From NCBI RefSeq assembly GCF_006345805.1, contig NC_043012.1, positions 32,240,001-32,304,000 of the forward strand: 64,000 nt of DNA, given 5' to 3'. Origin of the DNA: Octopus sinensis. Lineage: Eukaryota. A model generated the notes under the pieces. That model was not told the DNA's origin and did no database searches. It was given only the letters and a program-made list of their open reading frames with translations. Both the position numbers and the translations under genes were made by a program. This document shows positions 13,365 through 26,905 of this stretch, piece after piece; positions within the stretch are counted from its first letter, which is position 1; each line of letters begins with the position of its first letter.

Positions 13365-14769
13365 TGTAATTCCTCCGCACCCACTGTAGAATGATTGGCA
13401 TTAGGAAGGGCATCCAGGTGTAGAAACCAAGCCAAACCAGAGTATGGAATCTGATGTGGCCCTTTTGCCTTACCAGTTCCTGTCAAGCTGTCCAAATCAT
13501 AGCAGCTCAATGTATATTCCTGTTATGCAAATTAATAGCAACCTTGTCAGTGATACAATGTTGTAGGACAGCCTTCCACCTTTTGCCACTTGCAGCACAC
13601 TTATATTCTTTTCAGAATTCGCCTGCACACCTGAACTAAAAATATAATTAAAAGTATAGGGGGAAAAAAATTATATTCAGGTTACACTGCAGCACACCTA
13701 GCATCGTCTTGTGGCACACCAGTGTGTCATGGCATACTGGTGCAGATCACTGTTCTTGGAGACAAAAAAAAAAATTGACCCTGGACTGTCAGTCTGGGTC
13801 ATATATTAGATTTAAACAACCTGTGGCTAGTTGATTGTCAAGTTTTATGGTAAGAAGTACAGTCAGTCTGCTGTGTAAGAAAAATATAGAGTAGAAAAGA
13901 ACAGTAGTACCACCCACTCCTATCCTACCATTCATCCACATATACACCCTGTATACTCTCCCACACAGTATATGCCCATCCACTCACCCACACATAGTAA
14001 TAAAACACAATTTTCATTTAACTTGTAAGAACTGCATGAAGAATTATCCAAAATGGAATTTAGTCTCAGTATTGGATCTTTTTTTTGTATGGCTGCCACT
14101 TTTCAGTTTCTTTAATTTTTGTTCCACTTGATTTCATATTGGGTCTTTTGGTATAGTTGTGAATGATAATCATTGACATGAAATTCATTTTTGCCATAGA
14201 TCAATAAATAAAGAGTTAATAGCTTTTAAAGTTTGCAAATTTGGGGTAATTTTAGCCAGTTGAAAATTACAGACATGAAGCTGCCTGTTTTCATAGTAAC
14301 AAGCCAAGCTGTTATCAAGTCGCTTACCCCCTGTAGTAGTCCTGTCAAGCCACATGGTCATTTTTCGCTTATTAAATGCTTAAAATATTTGTGAGATGTG
14401 CTAAAAATAACAACCACATATACCTTAAATCACACTCCCCCAAAAAAATATGAGGGTTTATATGTTGTGCATAAAGCAGAATTCCGTCAGTGTTTCATTT
14501 TTCAGTTTTCAACACATTGCTGTCACATGAAATGACAGCTTCCAAATCTTGTTTTCAGACTGGGTAAAAAGTTTCAAACTTTCAACCTCTGTAACTATTT
14601 AAAAAAATTTTTCTGGAAAAAGTTAAATCTCCTGATATTCTTCAGCATGGAAGCTTAAATCAACACACCAAATTTTAAAATTTTCACTAAACTTTAAAAC
14701 TCCACCGGTGCAACCAAAAAATAAAGATCCTGTGTATTTTATAAGCACCCTTTAACTAATATCCTGTTT

Positions 14770-15010
14770 TTTCACTTCATTAGGTATGGACTTAAATTAA
14801 CGATGTTTATCCTTTCTTTGGCCAATGCTTCTTTCAGCTCTGTAATTGATATAATTTTCAACAATCTTCTCTCAGCATGTTCCGATATGTTTTATTGGAT
14901 TAAGATCAGGGCTTTGGGCTACGTGTTTTAGAGATTTGATTCCCTGAGTTTTTTTCCCAAACTTGTGTTATCTTGTATGACATGCAGCTCCATCTTCTTG
15001 AAAAAGATCG
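14770..15010 (-). pseudogene. Tc1-like transposase fragment
   Basis: Minus strand reads FQEDGAACHT and AQSPDLNPIN. Confidence 0.7.
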
Positions 15011-15073
15011 GTCTTCTTACCAGTTCCTACTGATTGGAATAGATGGGTAATAGTATCTTGACAGTTTAATATT

Positions 15074-15773
15074 ACTGATTCTCAACCAGAGTCCATATGG
15101 CCCCCGAGGATCCAGATAAGATTTAGGAGCAGGAGATCCATGCAACAAAATAAATTGGGAAATCCACAATAGTATTTTAAAGACCTGAACAAATTTTGCT
15201 TTAGATGTATGTAATGCAAGAAACAGCTGGGTTTCTTTCTCTAATATTTTCATAGTTCAACCTACACAAGTTAATGTCATCATCATCATCGTTTAATGTC
15301 CGTTTTCCATGCTAGCATGGGTTGGATGGTTCGACTGGGGTCTGGGAAGCCAGGAGGCTGCGCCAGGCTCCAGTCTGATCTGGCAGTGTTTCTACAGCTG
15401 GATGCCCTTCCTAACGCCAATCACTCCGTGAGTGTAGTGGGTGCTTTTTACGTGCCACCGGGACAGGTGCCAGGGGAGGCTGGCAACAGCCATGATCAGT
15501 TGGTGGTTTTTACGTGCCACTGGCACAGGTACCAGGGGAGGCTGGCAATGGCCACGATCGGTTGGTGGTTTTTACATGCCACCAACACAGAAGCCAGTCA
15601 AGGTGGCGCTGGCATCGGCCATGTACGGATGGTGCTTTTTACGTGCCACCGGCACAAATTTAAAAGAAGTACCTATGAAACTAGTTTTAAAACATCAAAT
15701 GGCTATAGGGGTCCACCAGAATAAAATAGCCATCAAAGGGGGTCTATAGATAAAAAATGGTCAAGAACCCCTG
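15074..15773. mobile_element. hAT-like MITE interrupted by an RTE tail
   Basis: Degenerate ends ..TTCTCAACC/..CAAGAACCCCTG. Confidence 0.5.
15277..15655 (-). mobile_element. RTE 3'-tail repeat with tandem ~50-bp modules
   Basis: (CAT)n + CGTTTAATGTCCGTTTTCCATGCTAGCATGGGTTGG; repeated TTTTACGTGCCACC modules. Confidence 0.85.
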
Positions 15774-17569
15774 ATTTAAATGATTTTTTAAAAACCAAAT
15801 TGAGCTTTGACTTACCATTTGCAACACATAAGATAGTGTCAACTCCTCCCCCATCCTTCCCCGAATGTTTACATGTTCCTTACAAACAATCTGATGTGTT
15901 TCAGTTGTGTTACCTCTCGAAATGGAAAGTTGACAGAATTTGCTTCCATCACATTTTATTGACTGAATAAAATTTTTCTTCCTTATTGCAGAACTCTTTT
16001 AACCCATTTGAACCTTTTTCATCTCGCCAGCTTTTGAAATTGTTGCCTTCTTTCTTTGTTACTCAAGATCTTTCTGTTATTGTTCTTATGCAATATGGTG
16101 AAATATCCATAGAATTTGCAACCTCTCTAATAGTGGCATGTCAGAGTTTTATAACAGCTTTCTTTGTCCCCTCACAAACTTTCTGCAGCCCCTCAGGTTT
16201 CTTCATTTCACTATGCTCTTCTTCAAACCACTTCTTGGATGTATTTATTCACTGTTTGATTCTAAAAAATTGGGACATATTCTTAGCACATCGTTACCAC
16301 TTTATGACTTGCTCACATCGTTGATATTCTTCTTTTCTTATTGGTTTTCATTGTCTTTTTATCATATTTAAGTTATAATTATTCCAAAAACATAATTAAA
16401 TTCATATCACCATTTTAATGTCCACTTTCCCATGTTTGCATGGGTTCAATGGAATTTTATGGAGAGAGATTTTCTATGGCTGAATCCCCTTCCAGTCACC
16501 AACTGTTTATGTGTCACACACACGCACGCGTTTACAAATGAAAGAAAATAAGTGTACTCAACACTATTAATGAGTTGACTCAACTTCACATTAAACCCTG
16601 TACTCATAGATCACTGTCCCAGCTCCTGAGATGTCTGTTACCAGAGGTGATCGGCAAGCATGTGGCTCAATTTCTCAAATTGACTAGTGGGGTCCCCTTT
16701 TTATTTTTTTTTTTCATTTTATTTTTTTACATACGAGAGGCTGGGCAGTGATCTATGTCAGCAAAATTTTCAGGATCTTGACCAAAAATAATGTTGGTCT
16801 TGTCAGAAGTGTGACAGTTGTTAGTGATGAAAGGGTGGAAAAATACCTGGGTTTTTTGATGAATTCTACATCATGTAAAATGTGTATCTGAGTGTATGCA
16901 TGTGTATGCCTTTGCATGTATATGTATATATGCATGTATGTTTATGTTGTTTCTTTTTGTTGTTGTTTTCATTTTCTTGCATTGGCTTGGCTTAGAGGAA
17001 GGGTGTATACCCATGGCCTTTTTGCAGGTTTTCCAAAACTGAAATTGATGCTGTTAATGTTCTGGTTGGACTGTTGCAAATCTACAGATACAAGGTGGAA
17101 ATTGCGGTGGTGTGGTCATGCGAGAAGAAAGGACTGAACTTGTTGGGGTGGGATGGACACAATAGGATTAAGGAGGAGAAACAACCAGGTCGAGAGTGGC
17201 CGACATGCTGTAAAAGCTGGTTCAAAAAAACTGAAAGTCACTAGTAATTGTAGGAAAGGCGGGGAGAAGAGACAACAGGTCCATGGGGCCAGAGATTGAT
17301 GTGTCTTTGTGAATAACTTTATACCAATTTGTTATGCAGCCATTGGATGCACTGCTCCATTATGGTCCTCAACCTGGGCTTTTTAGCAGGTTATCAGTGT
17401 TGAAGTGGAGGTAAAGTTTTATCTGGTTCTGAAGAGAAATGCCAGTTTTTGTAGTGTAGTACTGTTTCTATGTTGAGGACATGTATTATGCAGGGTGTTT
17501 GGGCTGCTTTTCCATAAAAAGGATAGAAAACACAATATCCCATCCAAAAATGAAAGTATTTTTTCAAAA

Positions 17570-18220
17570 ATATCATCTAGATGATCCTGGAACCTGGCAT
17601 GTGCATTTATTACTGTGTCCCTCCCTAAGAAGACTTTTAAGCAACACCTTAAACTCAGCCACCAGCTTGGCCTTGCTGTGGCAGGCAGAGCAGTTGGTGT
17701 CTTTCTCAACAGCATCCTACACATAGTAAATCCATGGGATTACAATCAGGGAAATAGGATGACAGGAATTAGGGCTGGTGAAGTTCTAGAAATTCTTGCA
17801 ACAGCTTGTAACTGTTAACAAAAGTATGGCAAGGAACTGAATTCTGCTGCCACACATACAGCCTTCCAGCAGCAGCAGCCTTCTCCATACAGGGATTGAA
17901 CACAGTCTCCAGTAGCGTCACATAACCATATGTTCAAAGATGTCGGGCTGCTTAATGTTACCCTCACTGGAGACACACCCAAAGACCATCCCTCCTGCTG
18001 GCCACAACTTCATAGTCCTTGTTGCAGCTGTCCATGTCTTGCTTACAGCCTTTACAGTGGTCATAGAGCAGTGAGCAGCAGTCATGATGTTGGCATTTTG
18101 ACACCCAATGTGAATCATCATGATACAAGTGGCTTCCAATCCTCCATCTCAGCTAACTTTTTCTCAACTCTAGCCATAGTCTTTATGCTCCCCGGTGCCA
18201 TTGAGTGTTCACTAATACAT
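17570..18220 (-). pseudogene. Tc1/mariner (maT/DD37D-like) transposase relic
   Basis: Minus-strand fragments GMVFGCVSSEG, WQQNSVPCHT, FTSPN, YYV*DAVEKDTN, TVINAHARFQDHL. Confidence 0.75.
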
Positions 18221-18427
18221 CAGGTTGTTCCTGAAAAAAGGAGGCATAAAAATAAAATGATCAAATTTAGTCCAGACACCCTGTATATGTATAATGTGTA
18301 TAATCCAGACACCCTGTATATATGTATAATGTGTATGTAATAAAATATATGTAACGTATGTGTGCTCATACATATACACCCATTTCAACATTTAAATTCT
18401 TTTACTTTCTTTGTTTTATCTTTGTAG

Positions 18428-18613
18428 GAAGAACTAAGTAGCGATTCTTCAGAGGCTACCCCAGTCGTCTCACAGCCAACTGCTTCAGGCCACCCAGCAG
18501 AAGGAGAGGGAGTTCAGGAAGCTACCGGAAATGTGACAGAAACAACAGTTTTAAGTCAAGACGCCAAACCAAACTACGGTGCTGATGGTGCAATTCCTTT
18601 ACCGGAATCTTAA
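18428..18613 (+). CDS. Probable terminal coding exon of an unidentified gene (EELSSDSSEATPVV...GAIPLPES*)
   Basis: Polypyrimidine tract + TTGTAG acceptor at 18427, 61 open codons to TAA, GC-richer non-repetitive sequence followed by AT/U-rich UTR-like DNA. Confidence 0.7.
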   Translation, partial: EELSSDSSEATPVVSQPTASGHPAEGEGVQEATGNVTETTVLSQDAKPNYGADGAIPLPES

Positions 18614-18875
18614 ATTGTCTTTGCCTAACCTGCATGTAGGTGCCCCTGGTCCTTGTAGAAACTGTGCCAATTGGTGGCGTGATGAAAGGAACACATACCT
18701 ATGCTTTTGATGAATTGGATCTCATTTGGTTGAGGAATTCTTTAATAATTCTTATCTAGATTATTCTGCCTCTTTTTCATTTTATATTGTTCGCCCACTT
18801 TTTTTTACCCAAATTCTCTTTTGTCTTTTGTTTCTTTTTTTCTTTCTCTTTTGGCTCATCTTCATCGTTATTCTC

Positions 18876-19828
18876 AGATGGCAAACTGACAGAATTGTTT
18901 TTCTGTGTTGGACAAAATGCTTAGCAGCATTTCGTCCGGCTCTCCACTTTCTATTTTGAAATTTCGCCAAGGTCAACTTTGACTTTCATCCTTTTGAGGT
19001 CAAAAAATAAGTACCAGTCAAGTGCTGGGGTTGATGTAATCAACTAAGCCTCTCCACTTAAAGTAGCTGGCCTTGTGCCTAAATTAGAAATACTACTACT
19101 ACTACTATTATTATTATTAGATGGCCAGCTGGCAAAATTGTTTAATGTCTCAGAGAAAATGCTTTGTGGTATTTTATCTGATTCTTTAAGTTCTAAATTG
19201 AAATTTCTCCAAGGTTGACTTTGCCTTTCGTCCTTTCGAGGTCAAAAAATAAGTACCAGTCAAGCACTGGGGCTGATGTAATCAACTAACCCCTTCCCTT
19301 AAAGTAGTTGACCTTGTGCCTAAATATCATTATTACTACTACTACTACTACTACTACTTAAGGCAGTGAGCTGGCATAATTGTTAGCACGCTAATCGAAA
19401 TACTTAGCAACATTTCATCTGTCTACACATGCTGAGTTCAAATTCCACTGAGGTTGACTTTACTTTCCATCCTTTCAGCATCAATAAAAATAAGTACCAG
19501 TTGAATACTGGGGTCAATTTAATCGACTCACCCCCTCCCCGAAATTGCTGGCCTTGTTACCAAAATTTGAAATCATTATTACTGTTGTTAATATGGTGAT
19601 GGTGTAGACTGGCAGAATCGTTAGTTCATAGAAGAAATGACTTGCTACAATTTGTCCCAGCTCTTTACATTCTAAGTTGAAATATCCCTGAAGTCAAGTT
19701 TGCCATTCATCCTTTGTGGGGTGGGGGGTCGATAAAATTAGCATCAGTCCAGCACTGGGATCAATGCAATTGACTTGCCCTTTCCCTCAAAATTGTTGGC
19801 CTTGTGCCAAACATTAAGAATTATTATT
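18876..19828 (+). mobile_element. Four head-to-tail SINE family A copies
   Basis: Starts near 18876, 19119, 19360 and 19597; each has a CTTTCATCCTTT...AAGTACCAG-like core; (TAC)n/(TAT)n spacers. Confidence 0.85.
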
Positions 19829-22800
19829 CTTAATTTTACTTCTCTCTTTTTGGGTAAATATTCTTTGGGTTATTTTCTTTTACTTTTTTTCATTCGATAT
19901 AATTATTATTATTATTCCTTTACCATTAATTTCCAAGTTGTATTTAATATCTTTAAATTCAAAACCTGGTTAAAAACTAAAGACAAGAATACAATGGTGT
20001 TTCAGGAGTTCCAGGAGCCATCCTCTTTACACTCTCCAAATGTATTATTAATATTCCCTACTGGCTGTAGTCACTTCATTTGTACTTTAAGCATTAAACC
20101 TTTGAAATATATCCAGTTTACTTACTAGACTGTGTTTAATGTGTTTTCAGTTTATTTTTTAACATGCTTTTTAATCATTGAAATTGTTTTTAAAAGGGGT
20201 TTTGTTTTACTATTGTATTAATAAAATTTGATTTTGGTGGGGAAAGTATGTATGAGTGTGTGTTCAATTCTAAATACCGCAAACACTGTTTGTGATTCTG
20301 GTTTGTTGTTCTACCCTGGAGCATTTCGGGTAGTAGTTAGTCTGCATAAACTTTCAGTTTCGGCAGTGCATTGCTGAATACTGTTATCTGTAACCCCCCC
20401 ACTTATTAATTCTCTACTTCCAATAAAAAAAAAGAATACTCTTTCCATAACTGTATTTACTAAAGATTTTGAGAAATGATATAGGAATGTTCCTAATTAG
20501 TTATCTCTTCATTATGCTTTCCGTATGCATGTGGAATGTGAGCATATGTGTGTGTTGTATTTAAATAATTTCTTGGCAATGGTGAGAAAACAATGAAGTA
20601 GAATGTAACACTGAATGTATATAAAGTTAGTGATTTATAATTTATTTCATCTTCTCCACTAAATAACTTGTATTTATCTGACTTCAAAATTGACCTTCAT
20701 GACTCAGAATATATTCATCATGCTGACATAGGATTCTCCTCCTCCTCCTTATTTTTCATCTTTTCTATGGCAGCACTCACAGACATGGAACTTACATGTC
20801 TCCTAATTTCTACTGAATCAGAAAGTGTTTTAGTTTTTTTCATATTGTTTTTATTTCATTATCTTTCCTACAGTTCAGCTCTTTAATCAAGGAGAAATAT
20901 GCATGACAGTCTCTAGTAATTAGCTATCTTGTGTGTGTACACATGCAAGCAAGCACACATGCACACACACACACACACTTACTCACTCACTCACACACAC
21001 ACAAATAGATAGTAAATAGATGTATAAGGTGTTTTTATTTCATTTTGGTTTTGGAGTTTCTTTAAAATCAAGATTCAAAGCCAAACCATATAACAGGTTG
21101 GCAATTTTATTATTATTATTATTATTTGCAGTGGAGAAGCCAAAATGACCATGGGATAGATGATCTGTTCTTTGTTGTAATCCCTCCAGCATCAACTTTT
21201 ATCCTTTTATCCATCCACAGTTGATAAAATAAGAATCAGTAGTCAAATACTGGAGTAAAATCAACTATTCTTTTTTACCAAAATGTGTAGCTTTGTGCCT
21301 ATGCTAGAAATTATTATCATCATCATCTCTTATTTGAAGAATTTCAGTAATACTTCATTGCGTCAAAGTTTTTCTTTTCCCTGAGAAAATTATAATTTTC
21401 CTAACATAAATCTGAAACATGGGGAAAATTTTAATCAACTAATAATGTGTAAGTTTGTCAACAAACTTTTTAAAATTGTACCAAGTTTTTTTTTTTTTTT
21501 GCGTAATTGTTTCCTTACCCTCTCTGTCTTTTCAGTCTCTCTCTAAAATTGGGTATAAATTTTAAAACTCAATGTGACATCTAGTCTAACAATTATTATA
21601 AACTAATCAGAAAGTCTCAGTAGATATTAAAACCCCACTCTGGAGCTATTATTGTTATTGCTTCCATTTGTAGGTATCATGTGGTGTGTTGTATGTGTGT
21701 GCAACAAGGAGTTGAGCTGTTCTAATCCTAGGTTTTTAGCATTGTCAAAAACAGTCTTGCCACAAATACATGCATCCCTTATTAACACACTTTTAATAAA
21801 AATAAACAACTTTTACCAATATGCGACAACTATTAACTTATACCAAAGAAGAGATTTTCAGGTAGCTGATGTAGTGTGGAATGTACAACATACCATCATA
21901 CAATCAGTAAGTTCTCACCTAACAGAAACAGCAACCTTGTTTAATATATCTTTTAAATGGGAAGGAAAGATATGGGAAACTGGAGAATTACTTAAGTAAT
22001 TTCATCTCTTTTCATGTATTATTTTCTTATAAATCTGATTCTTTTGTAGAAATGTTAGAAGTGTCTTTATATTTGTGTGTTTTTTTTTATTATGAAATAT
22101 TAGAGAAGTTGTTTTTAGGTTTTTATGCTTGGTTTGTGTGTTTGACTTGGTTTGTGTGTGTTAATCCCATATTTATACACATACCTATTTATGTATGCCT
22201 CTGAATATATGTATATAAACACACGTACATGTACATACTCTAAACATACATACACACACACACATGTATATGTGTGTGGAAACAGTAATTTCTAAAAGAA
22301 ATATTCTTCACTTAACACTGTAGTACCATTTGTGGAAATGTAATTATGCTGATTCCAAATAGTTCTTTATATAAAATCTAAGATTCTAATTTCATTTGCT
22401 TTAGAATTTATAAGCTAAGTATATTACAGGCAAACATCCAAATGCATTCAAGCATGTAAAACTGCGATATATATACATCAAATTTTGATGTCTCAAAATG
22501 GGTTTCCGGGTCAGATTTAGACATTTGTTCTAATTTTAATTTTTTTGTTTTTGTTTGTTTCTTTCTTTTTTTCCATTTTTCTTTTATACTTTTAAAACAT
22601 TTGACTTGTTTGATAATTCATAGTGACCATCAACTACAATATTTCATATTAATAACACTTAAAAATAAGTATGAAATATCTGTGAGACTGTTGTTTTTGT
22701 CTCTTTTTTTGTCTTTTTTTTTTTTTTGTTTTTTTAACATTATGCCCATCATTATGCATGATCAAGAAATATTTTAAGTTTACATATGTCAATAAAGTAT

Positions 22801-24059
22801 CATATACAACATGTTGAAATATTTAAAACGTTTTCTTTTGCTTTTCAATAGCAAGTTAAAATATTTGAGACAGTAGAATTATTTGTGTCTCAGTTGTGCC
22901 ATTAGAAATGATTGATTAATCTGTAGTAGAACCTTTGTATTGATATTGCCAAATCACATTCTGTAAAATCATATTGTATAAAAAGTAAATCTCACATTAA
23001 AAGACAAAGAACAAGCTAAACCGTTTTCTTTTCATATTGCAAAAATATTCCGTTAGGTTTACATTATGGTTTCAATATTTTAGCGGTGTAAATTTTGGCC
23101 TTAAAAACAAATTAATGCGATTCCAGTGTGCCAATAAAATGTCTTGGGATTCTAAATCTCTCTTTGAAAAATTCTCTCTTACTTTTAATTAGAATTTCTC
23201 TTCCTCCACCCACACCAAAATTTCTTCCTGATATTCTAAACAATATTCTAAAATTCTATTTAATCTTTCTAGGTTTTTTAGTTTTCTTTAGTTTTTTTTT
23301 TTTTTTGGTTTTTGTTTTTAAAATTCTGTTCTCTCACAAGAACTTCAACATTGACATGATAATGATCTTAATCTTGATGTAGACAAAAACTATAAAACTA
23401 GAGATTTCCTTTAAACTTTTTTTTTCCTGCCCACTAATTTTAGGCTCTAAATAATCTTAATGAAGCACCTGATCTACCTGTTTCTTCATTGTCATCACTG
23501 AAGATATGTTTGTTTTTTTGGAGACATTGTTGGGACATTGTGACATCAAATGAAATTACAAAATACAAATTCACACAATTGTTTCTTCTTTGTAAAATGC
23601 TTTCCCTATTTCTTTGTTAATCTTCTTCAGCATGTATTAAACAAGTTACGAAATTTCATACAAATGTTGTTTCTTTCTTTTTTTGTCTTTTTAAAACAAT
23701 ATCCATACACAATGTTTACAAAATTGGAAAATATCAGTAGCACTCTTTGGTACCTTTAGTTGAGTCCACTTTATTACAGGTATTTTGGCCAGGTGCCTCA
23801 TCTGAGTGGTGTAACTTATTCCCTTACACCAGTTACGGACCACTTGAAGGCAGTTATGGGTGCCACCCTTCTTACACACCAAGATAGCAAAAAAAGAACT
23901 TGTAAAATCAGTCACAAGATTCTTTTTTTGGAATTTAATTCCTTACCATCTCCATTAACTTATGTGAAATATTAGATATGAACAATGACATTCTATGCAT
24001 TGATAACTGGATGCAGATTAATCCATGATAAAAGAAAAATTTTTTAAAAATTTAATTAG

Positions 24060-24366
24060 CACTCTGTCAGTTATAAGGACGAGTGTTCTAGTTGATCCAA
24101 TCAACGGAATAGCCTGCTCGTTAAAAATGTGCAAGCGGCTAAGCATTCCTCAGACATGTGCACCCTTAGTGTAATTCTCAACAAGATTCAGCGTGACACA
24201 GAATGTGACAAGGACAGCCCTTTAAAATACAGGTATTACTCGTTTTTGCCAGCTGAGTGGACTGGAGTAACGTGAAGTAAAGTGTCTTGCTTAAGGACAC
24301 AATGCAACACCAGGAATTGAACATACGACCATGAGTCAAATATCCGACCCACTTAGCCACATGCCT
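24060..24366 (-). mobile_element. tRNA-derived SINE family C (CORE-like)
   Basis: Minus strand GTGGCTAAGTGG...GTTCAATTCC...GTCCTTAAGCAAGACACTT; partial relative at 63060-63180. Confidence 0.7.
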
Positions 24367-24518
24367 TCTTCACTCATTCATATCTGTCTGCATGAATGTA
24401 CATGTAATTCCATGTTCATCGTTCCACAAACCACCAAATACATCACATCACCCGATACTATGAAACCATCTTAAAAGATATAAATACATTGTTCTGTGGT
24501 AGATCTTTTCAGCATTAA

Positions 24519-25148
24519 CCCTTTAGCATTCAAACTGGCCACATCCAGCCTAAATATTTTACCCCCTTTTTGTTCAAAACCAGTCAGATCCAGCCTCTTA
24601 CCCTATCCTACAATATTATTCCCAAAGTAACTTACTTGTACTTGTGGCGACATTCACCCTGGGTGGGTTGAGTCGGCTTCTTCCACCACCCTTGAGGCAT
24701 CTCGAACCATGGCAGTGGAAGAAGTTTCGTGGGAATATGAATTTCACAAGGGGTCCCCAACAATCCCGCATGTAGAGACATCCTGTTTGCTGCAGATTGT
24801 CCACAGACGCAGGGACAGAACAACCGAGGAGCCGCCAGTTACCGAAACAGACACTCCGAGGATTTTCACTAGAAACCCCATCTGCCGGGTTGTGGCCCTA
24901 ATACTACTCGGTGTCAGACCAATCCGCCTTGGGTGGCCCTACCAGGAACCGAAGTTCCCGACGGCATAGCTCTGACACTACCTGTTGCCAGCGCCCCCAC
25001 CACAGTGAGGAGGGGTTGGACTTTGGGGACGCCAAAGTAAAGAGTCACATCACAGAAATCTCAAAGCTTTGAGATAATGCAGGATTAATTCAATGCAATG
25101 TGAATAAACAAGCATCACATTTGGTAGAATAATGGGAATACTAAAGGG
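24519..25148. mobile_element. piggyBac-like MITE (interrupted by 24631-25031)
   Basis: TTAA|CCCTTTAG...CTAAAGGG|TTAA; partial copy at 62046. Confidence 0.85.
24631..25031 (-). mobile_element. Non-autonomous bipartite RTE-derived element
   Basis: GAGCTATGCCGT...GTAGGGCCACCCAAGGCGG (RTE/BovB-type 5' UTR motif), CAAGTA-repeat tail, 9-bp TSD CCAAAGTAA. Confidence 0.75.
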
Positions 25149-25562
25149 TTAAAGAATTTCTGTTTACTCAAAATTTCAAATACAAGCTTGATACCAAACA
25201 AGGTGCAGTATGTGTTGATAGCCACATTACACTCTGTTGGTTATATATCCCCATCATCTGTTATATTAGATCTGTGTCCCCTGTTGCTATGACAAGGATT
25301 TTGTTTCACTGTCAATAACAGATTAGACACTGTTGAATTTCATTCTTAATTTTGGTAATGAAAATATTTGTATATAAACATTTTTAAATAGGATTCCTTT
25401 ACAGTTGTAAGACCTGCTCAGTTATAATTATACCAGACAGCTTATCCAGGCAGAACTGTAACTTAAGAATAGACAGGAGCTAATTGAAAGGTAATGTGAT
25501 AAATAAATGCACATATATTAATTAACATTATGAAAGACAAGTAGACCTAAATGATATGCATC

Positions 25563-25910
25563 TTTTACTGGTTTTGGTCAATGGACTGTTGTTGTGCTGT
25601 GGCACTGCTTTGAAGGGTTTACTCAAATAAATCTACCCCAGTACTTTTTTTTAAAGCTTAGTACTTATTAGTCTCTTTTGCTGAACTACTGAGTTATGGG
25701 GATATAAATAAACAAAGCGGAACATCAAATGGTGATGGGGGATATAAACAATGACACACACACACATTTATAGGGTGAATTTCTTTTAGTTTTTGTCCAC
25801 CAAATCTACTTACAAGGCTATAGAAGAAGACTCTTGCCTTAGGTGCCACACAGTGGGACTGAACCCAGAACCATATGATTGGGAAGCAAACATCTGACCA
25901 TGTAGCCATA
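25563..25910 (-). mobile_element. SINE family B, degraded
   Basis: Similar to 30975-31426. Confidence 0.7.
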
Positions 25911-26136
25911 CCTCTAACATGAAGCAATCACATGGAGATGATTTTACCACCATAGAATTTGATTGAAGTGATCCAAACTAGATACGACATGGTGGCCATT
26001 TTCAGTTCTTGTTGGATCCTTTACCAATTGTGATGCAGTTAATATAGCTTGTCATTTTCTGTGTGCTCTGTTTTTAAAGAGATGGCAGAAATATGAAATA
26101 ACTAAGAATGCAAAAGTTGTTATATAATTACATATT

Positions 26137-26500
26137 CATCATCATTTAACGTCCGCTTTCCAAGCTAGCATGGGTTGGACGATTTGACTGAGGTCTGGTA
26201 AACCAGGCTCCAATCTGATCTGGCAGAGTTTCTACAGCCAGATGCCCTTCCTAATGCAAGCCACTCTGAGAGTGTAGTGGGTGCTTTTATGTGTCACTGT
26301 CATGAGGGCCAGTCAGGTGGTACAGGCAACGGCCATGCCTAAATGGTGCTTTTTACGTGCCACCTGCACAGAAGCCAGTCCAGCGGCACTGGCGACAACC
26401 TCGCTTGAATGTTTTTCACGTGCCACCAGTATAAGTGCTAGTAAGACGACGTGGTAACGATCACGCTCGAATTGGGTGCTTACTGTGCCATTGGCACGAA
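26137..26500 (-). mobile_element. RTE 3'-tail repeat
   Basis: (CAT)n + TTAACGTCCGCTTTCCA..CTAGCATGGGTTGG. Confidence 0.8.
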
Positions 26501-26905
26501 GGCCAGCTTGTTGCTCTGGCAATAAATAATAGCAACGTGGGCTTGGAGAAAATTATTTGTCATATAATTCTTTACTAGAGTAAAATTTCTTTGACAGCTG
26601 GTATAAAGGTATGGAACTGTCTTGCATGCAGAATATGATGTAGATTCATCAACAATGTAAGATGTGAAGAAAAAAACAATAAAAAATAACAATGTTTTGC
26701 CAGGACTGGAAGTAAGAAAATTATCCAAATTAGAAAGAAAAATTAAAATGTAGGTAAATACACAGGGAAAAAGGTATTGCTGTTATGTAATGGTGGCAGA
26801 AGTTTGGTGATGACGGGATAAAGGAGCAGTTCTTAAATGAGTTTCTTATTTTATTTTAAAATCTCTTAAAGGAACAATAATGGTCATTGAACATGCTAAA
26901 ATATT

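Noticed and set aside
15440-15655. Regularly spaced short repeats resembling a CRISPR array
   Set aside because: Spacers are related to each other, the block recurs within RTE tails, and no cas genes are present in this eukaryotic DNA
24950-25033. Possible HDV-like ribozyme at the 5' end of the bipartite RTE element
   Set aside because: P1 and a TCCTCAC loop are suggestive, but I could not find a P2 partner or canonical P3
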